Shown: positions 10,287-23,468 of the stretch, piece by piece | Numbering within the stretch: the first letter of the stretch is position 1 | Layout: each line of letters starts with the position of its first letter | Assembly (NCBI GenBank): GCA_008632985.1 | Contig: QPGO01000127.1 | Span: forward strand, 62,001-126,000 | Direction of reading: 5' to 3' | DNA length: 64,000 bases | DNA from: Psammoneis japonica | Taxonomy: Eukaryota | Notes under the pieces: generated by a model | What the model was told of the DNA's origin: nothing | The model's database searches: none | Seen by the model: only the letters and a program-made list of their open reading frames with translations | Made by a program: the position numbers and the translations under genes

Positions 10287-13200
10287 TCAAGTGCCTGGGT
10301 GTTCCAGGCTCTTTTGCCTTCAGTGCTCTGTCATCCTTGAGAAATCATGAGGCATGTTCTCCAGCTCCAGGTGATGATGAGCTTTTCATCATGCAAGATT
10401 TTCCATGCAGTTTTCAGCACCAGACAATCTTGTCTCCACCCGGCAGAGCTCACACTTTTTGGCTTTTGGTGAGCAACAATTGTTTTCATGTTGTTGTGCA
10501 TTTGTGACAAAAGTGCATGTCTGCAACAACTAAGGTGCACATTTTGTCACAGAAAAAATGGCATCACTTGGCATTCAATGTTTTTCTGGTGATGCACAGA
10601 ACAAACAATGCTGACTTCCATGAGCTCATGTGCCGCCCCCACGTCAAAAACACCCAACACACAATGTCAGCCACAACATCAGCCACAATGCAGCACACTG
10701 CTGTCAGGTCTGGTGGGCCTTGACATGGAGCCTCACGAGGAAGAAGACAGCTGCTGCTGGGACCAACAAAACAGATTCAAGCAAGCCAGTCAATTTGTCT
10801 TCATCTCAGCCAGCAGCAAGCAGAGTGCAGCACATGTTTTGTCCCTGTTCAAGACATCAGCTGAAAAGTGAGAACTCTGGAAATTCTGGAGCAGGAGAGC
10901 TCTTCAAAAAAAGCTCTCATGGTTTCTAAAAGCTTTGGGGTCACACGCCACTCTCATGTTTGGTCAAATGATTGTTTTTGTGAGGGAGCTTGTGCCGATG
11001 GAAAATGTGACAACATGCAGCAATCGGATGACCTCAAAATCTTCAACCAATGCCACAGGCTTCCCGTTGAAGCCAACAAAAGCACACACATGGAGAGCAG
11101 CATGCAAGACACTCCATTTGCCCTTGCCTCAATGAGAAAGTTGCCACTGCAATCATCATCTTGAATGAGAAGCATCACATGGTCAACAAATGGAAGCAAA
11201 TGACAGACAGATGGACTTTGTGGCATGGACACTGCAGCACTGCACAGGTGGGGGCCAGCGGGCGGGGTGATGGAGCAAGTGGAGCAGAGTTTGAGATGAC
11301 ATTGGACTTGCACTTGTGTTTTGGGTTTTGGACCATGTCCAAGTCCCTCACTCCTTCCAATGGCATGTCCAAACTCACCAAGAAAGCTCTTCCAAGCTTT
11401 CAGCTTGAGCTCCTGGTTTTGAAGCATGGGGATCTCAGTCACCTGGCATGGAAGAGTGGATCTGTGCCTTGCAACCCTGAATGTCTTCATGTGATCAACG
11501 CCTCAGAATTTAAGAGTCCTCAGTTCAACAAAGACGAAGGTTCTGATGCTGTTGTTTCTGATGCCTTGCTGCCCATTGACTGGAGGAACCCCGTTTATGA
11601 TGAGGATGACAACAGGTTCAATCTCAAGAACAAAGTTCACTTGCCACTTTCACGGGCGCTCAAACAGAATTGCAACATGACTTTCTTGCATGATTGCAAC
11701 AGCTGCATTGTGGCCGGTGCTCAGGACACCATGGTGGTTTCTGCAAGTGAGCTGGAAACTCAAGTTGTTTTTAAAGAGAAGAGCAAAAGCCTCACTCAGC
11801 ATTTGTTGGGTTCAGTTGGCACAACCTTTCCCCAAATTTGCAAGTCTGGCCAAGAAGCATTCATTGAAGGAAGACCCATGAAAACCAACACAGCTGGATT
11901 CTCTTGTCCTCTCATTCTTGCCCAGCTTCTGGAATGCATGGCAGCTGAAGCTGCTGCATGCAGTGTCATTGTCACTTCTGGATGAGCTTGCTTTGTTTGG
12001 GTTGAAGTGGGGCAGGAGCAAAATGGTTGCAAAGAGACACCAGCAAAGAAGCAAAAAGGCACAAAGAAAAAGGTTCCTGCATTGGCAGTTTCAAGTGAAG
12101 CAACAATGACAAGTGGCGCGCACTTGACCAAATCCATCAAAATTGATGACGCTCACTTTCTACATGTCATGCACAACTTCACATTTCAGACCAAGGAGGG
12201 TTGCATGATGGACAAAGGATTGACAGCCACCAAACTGCTGAATGCCCCCTCTTCAAATGGAGGGTTTACCCGAGGTGAATCACAAGACAACAAACCTCAA
12301 ACAAGAAACCAGCTGACATCAGTCAGGTGCCTGATTTGTTCAAGCAGTGGTGTTGCAACTTCTTTGCCAGGTGCGAGGTGATCTGTGATCTCCAGGTTTC
12401 CGCTTGTTCCTTGTTTGTGCAAGACAAGAGTTGTTGCCAAAACCTTGGGTCAAAACAGGGAAGGTCAAGTGCCGGCTGCAAATTGGAGCAGTGTTTCAGC
12501 TGCGGCAAAGGTTGTCAGCCTCTGGAACAATGTGCGTGAACAAATGCATGCACGATGTGTTTTTGAAGGTGAAGTCAAAGCCTCTGCAAATTGGCTGGAC
12601 TGGCTGGTCTGTGGGGCTTGGCTGTCCCACAACCCACAACCTTTCTTTGCAGCAACGGATGACAAGCAGTGCATCCCTTGTGTCCAGCTTTGGGTGACCC
12701 AATGCCACTGGATCCCAAGATGTGGACCACTTCTGAGCTGAGACAGGTGACTGAGAGTGCTCTTCTTCTTTTTGAAGCTGGCGCTGAGTTGAGTGACATC
12801 AAACCTGCCAACTTCATTTGCATCACCAAATGCAATGTTGTCAATGCATCACAGTGCACTGAAGAACAAAGGGTTGTTGCAGTTGAACTCAAGCAGCTTT
12901 TCATGGAGGCAGAATCTGACTGTTTGAAGCTCCCAGAATGGATGTTTGAGAAAGCAAAAGCAAATGCTGTGTCTCCTGGACAATGGACTGCTCAACCAGG
13001 ATGTGTGCTCCCTTCCACACACCAATCAGTTGTCAAGAGAAAGGAACAACTGAGCTGCAATGACCTCTGCACACAAGCCTTGTGCAGGTGCAGCTTCAAC
13101 AGCCACATCTTCTTTGTCTTCACTCATTGCAATGAGTCCACTTGCAGACGGGTTTGCAGCTGTTCTTGTGCATGGATCTCGATTGTCATTTGCCATTTCC

Positions 13201-14502
13201 ATTTCTGATTTGAGCATGACTGGCCAACCCTGCATGCAATGTGCTTGCAGTTGCAAAAGCACTGAGTTCAAATTTGAAAGACAAAGGTTTGAAATTGTGC
13301 AACAGTTTTGACCTTGTCATTTGTCCTTCACACTTTTTTCTTCATGTGGCTCTCCATTGACTTTTTGACTGACTGCAAAGCAAAGCCACTGCCCCTTCCA
13401 TGATGGGGCTCTGTTCACAAAGACTGGGGTTTTTGCTGGCTTCATCTGTGAGTTGCACTTGCCCACTTCCTTGCAACCACACTTGGCATCAGAACAGCAC
13501 GAGAGTGAGAGTCCCCCAACGGGAGCCATTTTTGCCAAATGATTCCAAGTGCTCAGAATGACTGTCTGTTGTGGCACAGCAAAATCACCATGAAATTTGT
13601 TGAGCTTGCCAAAAAATGACAACTCTCCTCCTTTCACACTGAAAAGTGACAAGGTGAGCATCTCCTGGAAAACGCCCCGCACCAGCCACGCCACACCAAA
13701 GCCCAAGAAGTGCTGTGTGCTTGGTGCTGTGCTTTGCTGATCATTTGATGGTGGCAGCCATCAAGAAGCCACTGTGGGTGCACCAATCATCACACACAAT
13801 GGTGTGCATTCATTTGCAAATAATGGAAAATTTCTCAGCGGCCCTGCCCGCCGTTGCACATTGCTGAGCAGCAGCGGGCACTGCCAACCATTGTTGCCAC
13901 ACCCCTTTTTTGACACAAACACACAAGCCAGCAGCACCCAAAGCATCACTGTCATTTGTGTGACAGCAACAATGTGTCTTGATCACACATTGCTGCCAAG
14001 TGAATGTGATGCATTTGACACCAAAATAACGCGAGTCATTGTGGCCCAAACACTGCAACGTCGTCACGCTCAGCTCGGAGCTCGAACTTTTTGGAATTTT
14101 AATCCTTTATCCAACTTTGAATATCACTAAAACACCAAATTTGGTTAGCATCTCCGTTGTGTTACAACATACTAGTCTTCACGTAAATAGAATCCAGTAG
14201 GACGTCTACAGCAACGACAAAAATGGCAAACCACACGAAACTCCACACGAGTCGTCACACGAGATCAGTGACTGTGCCCAGGCATTCGGTATGGAGGGCA
14301 TCATTTCTGGCCCCTCTTTGTTGCAGCCCTCATACTTTTGGCTGGAGACACAAACTCAGGAAAAGGAAGGGGGAAGGAAGAATTCGTGCACGATTGAACT
14401 GAGCTGTGTCATCCAATCGCTGTTCCCGCTTTTCTATTCCAGAAGCCGCGGAGCAAGACAGAGAAATCGAAAAAAGAGGACGGCACTGAACGATACTGTA
14501 GA

Positions 14503-15902
14503 GATGATGAATGCAACAGAATCTTCCTCCAGGACGTCCAAACGTGCCGTTCCCAGCCGTGTTGATGATCTACTAGAAGACGTTGGTGACATTCCTCTTG
14601 AAAGTAGCGCTTCGAGGAGAAATAAACGCTCGGTCTCAAAAAATTACGACACCGAAGCTCCTCCCGACATTACTCCTTGTAGCAGTGCTGAAGGTTCTGC
14701 TGCAGCCGCTTCGGATAGCAGCACAATCAATGATGAGCTAGAAGGGGATGTCAGGGGACTGACACCAAGAGGGCGAAACACAAAGTCTGGGCTAAACGGT
14801 GACGCGACACGCTCTCTGAAATGAGTAACCGCAACTCGTTCGGAAAAGATGTTTGCTTCCCGCTGGACGAGGATGGATTTCCTATAGTACCGTTTTGCTG
14901 TGCCGCAGAAGACATTGCTCATGCTACTAACGATGAAGCAGGACCATCGAATCGGGTCGCACCTCGAGTGTACGCCAATCGCATTCAGAGGTCCGGTCCG
15001 TCGGAAAGAGACTTATCACGAGAACCGCGTCTATCGGACCAAGCACGAGGTGAAGCTACTGCCGAAAATCGCAAACCAACATGTGCTATGGTTTCCACAT
15101 CGAGCGGGTTACAGATGGATGCTGCTACAATGTCCGCCGTGATGAATGATGAAGGAGTTTCTCAGGAACTGGCGTCTGCCATGAATTCACAAGAACTATT
15201 GGAAGCTTGGGAACAGCAGCACCGTTACGATGAGGCAAAGCGGGTGAATGGTAATGTGTCTCCAGACTTTTCGTTTCTAGAGCACAGCCAACCCGGTGTG
15301 GTATCGGTACGCCCGCCTCAGAGAGTCGTCACTCCCCCACCAGCAAATCGACTATCTCGAACGAGGCCAATCAATGATGCAGAAACTGCAGCAGAAACGG
15401 CAGCAGCGGTTGCTGAAAGCCACGCACCCCCCAAAAAGAGACGACGATGTCTTTTTATTTGGGTTATCGTTGTGGCGTTGATTGCTGCTGGTTCTGTTGC
15501 GGGTTTAATCATTGCACTACAGGGAAAGAGTAGTGGCGGCGGCGGCAATAACGCATCAACAACAACACAACACCCAAAGAACTACACGCCATTGTTGTCA
15601 TTCAACCAGACAAGTTTCCCCAACACATTTCGTGGATACTACGAGAGGGTGCAAAGGATGAGTTTGGAACCGTACTGAATCGCGTATCGGCCGGTCGCCA
15701 TGCACCAACCAAAACGACCATTGCTGTTCCCGTGACAGAAGGCAGCACGTATACGTTTCGTATTGCAGATTTGGGTCAAGACGGAATATGTTGTCGTGCA
15801 GGTCGCGGATACTTTTATGTGTTGCGATCCGACAATGGTAGGCGTTTGGTGGCTGGTAATGGTGACTTTGGTAAAGCTGTGCAGTACTCATTTGTGGTGT
15901 AA
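14503..15902 (+). CDS. Single-pass membrane protein with a disordered N-terminus and a C-terminal DGICC-motif domain (frameshifted)
   Basis: ORFs 14291-14824 and 14821-15678 (KKRRRCLFIWVIVVALIAAGSVAGLIIAL transmembrane segment), then an out-of-frame continuation ADLGQDGICCRAGRGYFYV...YSFVV* ending at 15902. Confidence 0.6.
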
Positions 15903-16412
15903 TAGAGAGCCGTTCATCCGGTCGAATTGTATGGCTCTTGCAAGCCGTGGTAGAACTTAGATTCCTGCAGTTGTGACATTCACGCTCGCATAGGCAGTTT
16001 GACATAAACATAGAATTTTGTGACTTAGTATATTTCATCGGGCTAGAGAACGTACGAGCTGAGATGTCAAAACCGAAGTGAGATACCTACTCGTTAGCAC
16101 CGCTTCAAGCATTTTCATTTATTGATACCGGTTCCAACGCCGCACGCTTCTCTTCTTTATTAGTGTACTCTATGATGTGGAGCTGATTGAATGAGAGACG
16201 ATGTTCCTCAAGGATAAGATGACGGAGCCATTCTTGGCGGGAACGAGAAACCGCGGATATCCGCGATCAAGACAACAAGACAGAAGACAGCACAAGAGCG
16301 CACGAGCAATACGATGCACGAGAAAAAGTCCCACACAACCTACTCACTCATCCGATAAACTCACTTTCTCCGCCACAATTTGTCTGGAGCAAAACATAAA
16401 AAGAGCGAAACC

Positions 16413-17743
16413 ATGTCCGACAATGAAGTGGAAGCCATTTCTGATTTAAGTATCGAGGATGAAGGTTCCAATCATGATGGTAGCCCGGGCAGTCCAACTA
16501 CTGCTTCATCCGAAAAGGACCAAATTCATCGTGTCGAAGCGCAGCTGTTGCGTGTGTTTGACAGTCAACGTGAACTCTACGATGATAAAGCTTCCGGGCG
16601 CCGTTATGCTGTTCCAAAAGCAAAAGAGCCTGGAGTGGTATTACCCATTCACAAGCCTCATGCTTATCCTTGTATGGATACACACAAACTCTTACCAACG
16701 GACACAAGCCTCTGGCCTCAAGCCCCCGTCATGCTGCGACCCACTCCAAACACCGACACCAAGATTCGTGGATTGAGGTATGCAAATTCGACGGACTATC
16801 AGCATTTCAAAGGATTTTGTGCGGGCTGTATTTTGCCACTTAATAACGGGTGCGAAGCGGAGGGTAAGTCTCTAGTGATTGATTTTGAATCCAAGCACTT
16901 TGTGGGAACACTCTTGTTGCGGATTCGCGATTGCCCGGCGGCATCTACTACTACCGAGAATAACAAGGCATCCAAGTCTTATTTTGATGGCAAGAAGCGC
17001 CGATTTCAAGCCGTAGTCAAGGGTCGATTCAAGACACCACTTGCCATGTCGGATTGCGTGACGGGTCAGGTATTTGATCGTCCGGCTGGAAAACTACCGG
17101 CCCGGTGGATTATTTCGTCCTTTATCAAGTTTGTGTCTACGCTTGCGCCTCAAATGGAGGCAACCATTGATGGCCATCAACCGCGTTTTCTTACGCCATT
17201 GGTGTCTACCGCTCAAACCGTCCATTCTAAACCAGTAAGAAAGGAAAAAGGACAACATGAGCAAGACCCCGACATGTCGCTGGAGGATCAAGAGAAGCTG
17301 GAGAACTATAATTTGTATGCGGGTTCCAAGGACATTGAAGCTCCAGTGGAGGAACCGCCAGCTACGGATCCAGCCTCGGTTCTCCAAGAGGCAAAGGTGG
17401 ACAATGTTCCCAACAACTCCAACAAGTCTGTATCCAATCGCCAAGCATATCGCAAGAAACGCTTCAACACCTTGTATGCCAACAATGACAAACAGTCAAG
17501 TTTGATTTGGATCGAGAATATACCTTTGAGTTTTATCAACACTTGTTGGTGTTTGGCGATACCTTTGCCCTCGACATGGGTCGGGCGATTGGAAAGGTGC
17601 CCTTGGCGCCTGCCACGGATGGCCAGCCTCTCAAATTCATGGCTGCGTATAAAGATGACGAGAGTTTGTTGGATTATCTGTGGTGCTTTGATATATGGCA
17701 TTCGAGTTTGTACCCGTATGCGCAAGCGTGTCTCGAGGAATAG
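16413..17743 (+). CDS. DUF1769-family protein (one frameshift near 17500)
   Basis: FESKHFVGTLLLRIR, YFDGKKRRFQAVVKGRFK and GQVFDRP; the C-terminus continues in ORF 17507-17743 (YTFEFYQH...GQPLKFMA...YLWCFDIWH). Confidence 0.8.
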
Positions 17744-17871
17744 TTGTGTTGCATTGCAATTCTGAGATGAGTTGTTAATTTACATAGTGAGAGTTCAATG
17801 TTCTGCTTTTCCTTCTACTTTAAACTGACTATCCTACTACTGAGGTCACTCCACACGATACGGAACCACCA

Positions 17872-18523
17872 TCAGTCCATCAAATGCAGTTTCTCTTTGC
17901 TACGGCGTCGATCCTGCTTCTTCATGGAGACACGCTTCCGCTCTCTTCATCATCGTCCTTGGCCTGGGGCAAGCTCTTACTAATTTGCAAAAGATCCTTC
18001 ATGACATCGGAAGACGAAGAATTCCAACAACCTTGTCATTGTTTACTACGGGCAAATGATGAAGCTTTTGCTGCGACATGATCACGGCAGCCTCCCTCAT
18101 GGAGGTGGTCGGCGAAACAGTTGCGGGTTTGTGAGTCATGACTTCTTCGACGCCTTGCGCTGCAATCTTCTTTGCAGCCTCGACATAGAGCTGAACCTGT
18201 TCCTCAGATCCTTCCATATTCAAGAGGGCACCACTGAATGCTTCCTTCTGTACAAAGTCATACGAACTCAGCATACCAACAAGAGATTTCGTTTCATCCA
18301 CAACGGGGGCACCAGAAAGCCCCTTCTGGAGAAGAAACGTAATGGCTTCATCGGTCGGGGTCGATACGTCGAGAGTGTATGGATCGGAAGTCATGCAATC
18401 TTCAACGCAGCGATGTCGTTGCACGGGTGTCCCGACAAAGACTCGCCGCCCTGTCGTTTCTCCGCTGGCACTTAGCCCAGACGCCGTGCCCAACAAGCAA
18501 AAAATCCAAACTCCCTTAAACAT
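17872..18523 (-). CDS. CBS-domain pair protein with an N-terminal signal peptide (possibly plastid-targeted); frameshift near 18010
   Basis: VEDCMT...LSGAPVVDE...LVGMLSSYD and VEEVMT...LHHLPVVNNDKVVGIL CBS repeats; hydrophobic N-terminus. Confidence 0.85.
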
Positions 18524-18960
18524 GCTTCTGAGCCTCAGTTTTTCAGACTATATCAAACAACAGGTGAGGAGCGTACCACAACACCCACTTCCTTCGTCGT
18601 TCCAACGCAACGCAGCAACAACAAAAATGGCCAACGCAAAATATCTTCTTGGGGTGTCATGTGTCACTCGGATGATTTGACTGTTTCTACAGAAAGATAA
18701 TACTGAAAGTCACATACGTAGATCCTGGTACTGAATCTATTAAAATTTCGAAAAATGTAGCAAGCCCATAACCAGATTACGTTTTAAGGCATATATATCT
18801 GTATAACATATAAAAATTTGGCAGAACTTGCAACGCGCTTCAAGTTGACAAACGTTTGCTCCTTCATCGTTCTTCTCACAACACGACATAACATTCGTTG
18901 TCATACATCGACCATACCTTTCCTCTTTTCTTTCATGCAGTGAGAAAACGACATCCTACC

Positions 18961-20405
18961 ATGAGCTCAGACCCGGAGCATTCCAAGCAATCCAGCAACT
19001 CTGTCTTCTCGTCAGTTCAAAAGGTGAAAAGAAGTGTGTCAAACATCATTTCGGGCGATGAAGATCACACGTGGGAAGAACTCAAGGACGTTGAGAGAAG
19101 GAGGAGAGGGGTGTTGAAACGGACCGAGTTGCCTTTCTACAGGATCTTGACGTTCTGGGATGCCACTGTCCTCCAGGTATTGGTGAAGGATTTCCTCATG
19201 TGGTTTACTCTCGCGATCTATGTCGCTGTTCGTATTCAGTCGAGAGTTGGTCTTCCTGACTATGTGTCAGATATCGCATCAGGCGACATAGGAGTTATAG
19301 GTACGCTACTCTTGTTCTTCTCTCTAGGAATCGACTTGAAGGTTCTGCGGATTGCTCTTGTGTTGCTCAATGTTGCCATAATTCCCGGTTAGGTGGCTTT
19401 CTCTCGTTCTTCTTAATCTTCTTTGTCAATCAGAGTTACAGTCGCTATATGACGCTCTATGGATACTCGATGAGCTGCGAGGGACGAACTTTTGATGTTG
19501 CATCCATTTGTAGGTCTGTTCTCCCTCGGGCAAATGCTCTGCGTCTGATTCGTTACATGAATGCAGCGGTATGTGTTGACAAAAATATGGAAAGAAATGC
19601 ATGCTTGTTGTGTTCTTCCTAGAGCCGTCTCTAACCACCTCCTTTTTGATCAAAATAGCATTTGGCTGGATACGTTGGGCTATCGTCTACGTACACCTTC
19701 AACAACTTTTTCGTGGAGGTCAATGAGACAAACAAGATGCTCACGGACAAAGAAGTTGAGCGCATGAAAGACATCGACATGAATGCCGGGGGCTCGTGCT
19801 ATCGAGAACTTATTGCCTGGTGCGTCATGGAAGTGGAAACAGCTGTTGAACAAAATTTGATTGTTCTGCGTACTGCCGTGGAACTTCGCGCCTTGATTCT
19901 CAAGCTGAGAGGATCCCTTGGGGCTCTCTACGATTACGACGATCAACCAATATTGTTTTTCTACATTCACTTTATCTGCCTGCTGTCGGCACTGTACCTT
20001 CCTCTATTTGCAGTGTCGGCAGCTTTCGAAGCTGGGACTGGGGACAATGTGTATTGGACTGCGGATCTCATGGGTGGCCTTATTGTCTTTCTACAAGCTG
20101 TCTTTGTGATTGGTCTCCGTCTTTTGGGGGTAAAGATGAGTGACCCGTACGGTGACGACGTGGAGGATCTCAGCGTCATGCATTACGTTAATTTTACCTG
20201 GCGTATGAGCAACCGCATTTTGCTCGCCAAGAAGCCCTCGAAATTGGATCCTGCGGAGGAAAGTAACATTTGCCGTACTCGGCTTTCTGTGGGAGAGGCT
20301 TGGGAAGAGAACGAAAAAAGGTACTCAACCAGAAATATCGATGATGTTGAAAGTTACACAAACGAGCCAATAGATGAATCTGGAACTCGGTGCGCCATTC
20401 AGTAA
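18961..20405 (+). CDS. Bestrophin-family channel, 3 exons (introns ~19301-19392 and ~19569-19658)
   Basis: FFLIFFVNQSYSRY, YDYDDQPILFFYIH and MSDPYGDDVEDL motifs; GT-AG introns join the segments. Confidence 0.85.
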
Positions 20406-20529
20406 AAAAGCGAGATTCGTCGCTTGGGGCTAACTACTAACTACTAATCGATGCATTGACAAGGCTTCGAACGCTCCACGTGTTCTCAAACTAGCATCCA
20501 TGTTATTTCTTTCAATCGAATCATGTTAT

Positions 20530-21760
20530 CTTTTCGGTGAAGCTGCCGCTGAGTTGGGGTCTGCAATGTGAGCAAGATGCTCGAGGTGGAATCCGCTGGC
20601 CATTTCATCATCTGTGTGTCTTCAGTGTTGATCTTCCAAACTTTGCTGTCAACACACACATGCCATGAACAATGCAGGTGACAGAATCTAAGATGTGTGC
20701 AGTGACAGTGCATTGGACACCCAAAAAATTGAGTTGGAGATCTGGTCAAAGATCTGTCTGTAAGTTCATGTGTGCCTCTCATGCAGGTGGAGGGGATGCC
20801 AACACCCTCCCCTGACATGCCATCTTCCCAGCAACATGACAAAACACAAAGCACAGCATCCCAAAAGAGAAAAAGTCAGACAGCAAATCCAAATGTTGCC
20901 AGGAGTGTTGAAGAAGAGGTGCACAGGTTTGGGGGGTTTGTGCCAGCACACATGGCTTGTGCCAGGATCATGCCCAGCGATGCGTTTTTTGCAATCCCGA
21001 GCCGGCCACACCACTGGCGCCAGATGGGTTCCAGCCCCAGGTGGGGCTTTTTGTGACATTGGGCCCGCAGAATTCTGCGTGCGAGCTCCTCAGTAAAATT
21101 GTTGAGCAATGGACATGTGAATGATCGCCAACAGAAAAAGAGGCAATTTTGCGAACGCATCTCCTCCTCCACACTTGAAGTGCATTCTTTGCAGTGTGCC
21201 CAGGTGTGTTCTTCAGACATCAAAGAACACACCCAGCGCATTTTTGTTGACACAAATGCAGACAACAGAAAGCCTTTGGCTTCACAAAACAGGCAGTGTG
21301 GAACAATTTTTTACAACAAAACACGTAGAAATGTGCGTGCAAAACATGCGATGGATGACAAAAAAATGATTGTGTCACAGTTCAGTGGTGTGAGATCCCA
21401 CCTGCAGCTGGAGCACGTCGCCACACCAGAGAAGAGTCGCAAGAGCAGAGGAAGGGGAACAAATGCTGTTCACACCCCCTGGGAACCCACACACATTGGC
21501 TTGATGACAAAATGCACTGTGATGTTGGCTCCAAAGTCTCTTGAGGACATTCTCGCCACACAAGAACAAGAGGTGTGTGTGGGGTGGTGGGGGCGTCTCA
21601 TGAGGCATCGTTGGTTGAAAGGTTGCTTTTTGCGGCGGCTTTGCAAGACAGTCTCCTCTGCTCATTGCCTTTTGTTCGAACATTTTTTGAGCAAAGCAGT
21701 GCCGATTTTCAACCGAAAATGTCATTGTCATCTCTCATTAATTTTCTGTTGCAATGAGGT
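20530..21760. mobile_element. TpA-depleted degenerate repeat island containing a nested MITE
   Basis: Local loss of TA and CG between the bestrophin and HSF genes; contains the MITE at 21023-21419. Confidence 0.55.
21023..21419. mobile_element. ~400-bp MITE, copy 1 (4-bp TSD GCCA)
   Basis: Imperfect ~24-bp TIRs (GATGGGTTCCAGCCCCAGGTGGG...CCCACCTGCAGCTGGAGCACGTC); GCCA at 21019-21022 and 21420-21423; colinear homology with 24383-24782. Confidence 0.85.
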
Positions 21761-22387
21761 TTATGGTTTTTAGGATTTTGTGCTTTTATAACTTCGCCGA
21801 GCATGCATGCATGGCATGCGCCATCGGTGAAGTGCTCTCGGCGGCGGGGTTGATTGGCCTGAGTGACTGAGTCAGACATCCAAGTGTCATTTCTACGTGG
21901 GAACCGGTAACTCCATCCGCAGAGCAGGAACAGAATCAGAATCCGCCACCAGGCCAAACTTATGTCTTCTACCAAAGCTTTGAAAGTTTATATCGGCTGT
22001 TGCCACGTCGGCGGCAGCTTGCAGAAAAGATCTTGTACGGAGCATTACGTATCGCTTACGTCGCACATTTCTAAAGGCGGCGCAAGGACATGAATGAGAG
22101 AAGCCCAACAGGTGTATCTGACCAATCAGATCGTTTGAAATGAAGAGTGACGTGAGCACGGCGTCAAACGGTGTGACATCATCCAATCTGTTTCTTTCGT
22201 CTGTGTCTTTCCCCCCACGTAGATTTGCGTAGAATTCCAGTATGGCGTAAACTCACGAGGCAATTTTGAAATTCGGGCGGGAAACGTCCTTGCGTGGCAA
22301 GTGGCAACATCAATCATTTCACTCTTTGAAACAAGAGCAATTTTACATGCAGGGAGAGTGGACTCTGTCTTCTAAGCTAAAGTGACA

Positions 22388-23340
22388 ATGCAAAGCCTTT
22401 CCCATGGAGCAAACCAACAGGGTGGTCTATGTCACCTTGTCGAAGCTGCAACGGCACTTTCAAGCTTAGTAAAGACGTCTCCATATTCTTCTTTCCCTCC
22501 GAACTCTGCCATCACAAAAAGTGCCCCGACGCCTTCAGTTGTGAGTGTCAGCGACGACGAGTCCGCCGAAGTATCCAAGAAATCCCCAACGAGCAAGCGA
22601 CGAGAGATCTTCCTCAGCGTCTTTTGACAATCCTGAATGATTCGTCCCTTTCCGACGTTGTTTCGTGGTTGCCACACGGACGCTCATTTGTTATTATTCG
22701 TCCCGATACGTTCGCCTCTCAAGTTCTCCCCAAGTATTTGCCATCCGACAAGAGCTCCACCAAGTACCCATCCTTCACGCGAAAGTTAAATCGCTGGGGA
22801 TTTCGACAAGCCACACGAGGGCCAGATACTGGAGCCTTTTATCATCCTCTCTTCAATCGGGACAAGCCAGAGTTGTGTCTCGGTATGGTATGCCAGAAAT
22901 CAAGGAAAGGTAGCATCAAGCGTTCGACCAAGTCGAGCAACAAGAAGGAGCAGGATCACAAGACTTCACAAGACACCCCATCCACACCCAAAAAGCGCGC
23001 TCCATCACCACCACAAGGCTCTTCTCTTCCCCCCAAGAAAAGAAAAATGATGACTGCGTCTTCAGAACCCATGGCGGAAGAGAAGCCTGCTATTGTTACT
23101 CCGCCGCCTGAACAAAAGGTAGCAGCGCCGTCACTGGTTACAACGGCGACTGCTCCTTCATTTCCCATTATCCTACCAAGTGCATCCATGGCGAGAGGTG
23201 TGGCCCCTCTCTCTGCATTGGTCCCGACGGATCCAGAGTTTGTTGCAGCGACGCTCAAGGTGCGAGATAACGTGGAGAAGATGGCAGTTGCCAAATGCAT
23301 GCTATACGATGCCTACCTCAAGGCATTGGATGGACGCTGA
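22388..23340 (+). CDS. Heat-shock-factor-type transcription factor (frameshift near 22610)
   Basis: HSF DNA-binding domain: PQRLLTIL...VVSWLPHGRSFVI...KYPSFTRKLNRWGFRQ...FYHPLFNRDKPELC. Confidence 0.92.
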
Positions 23341-23468
23341 TGTGAAATATCTGCTCGGGGACTAGTTTGTTAATAAAGTTTTAAGCTGTTTTTACATGAA
23401 ACACTGTTGCTCTTATTCCTTTGAATCACACAACGCGAGATCGAGATTACTACAGCTTAAATCTCTAG

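Larger units (their letters stand above)
2580..14060. mobile_element. Large TpA-depleted repeat block: an unclassified degenerate element with a Copia insertion nested in it
   Basis: TA is nearly absent from ~2580 to ~14060 on both sides of the Copia element. Degenerate + strand coding-like remnants lie at ~10700-13200 (e.g. ORF 11161-11985) with no recognisable domain. Boundaries are approximate. Confidence 0.5.

Noticed and set aside
2580..14060. Alternative genetic code or horizontally acquired DNA as the cause of Tyr and TA absence
   Set aside because: TA is lost in all frames and in non-coding LTR and TSD sequence, and paired copies differ at these sites, which indicates mutation in place.
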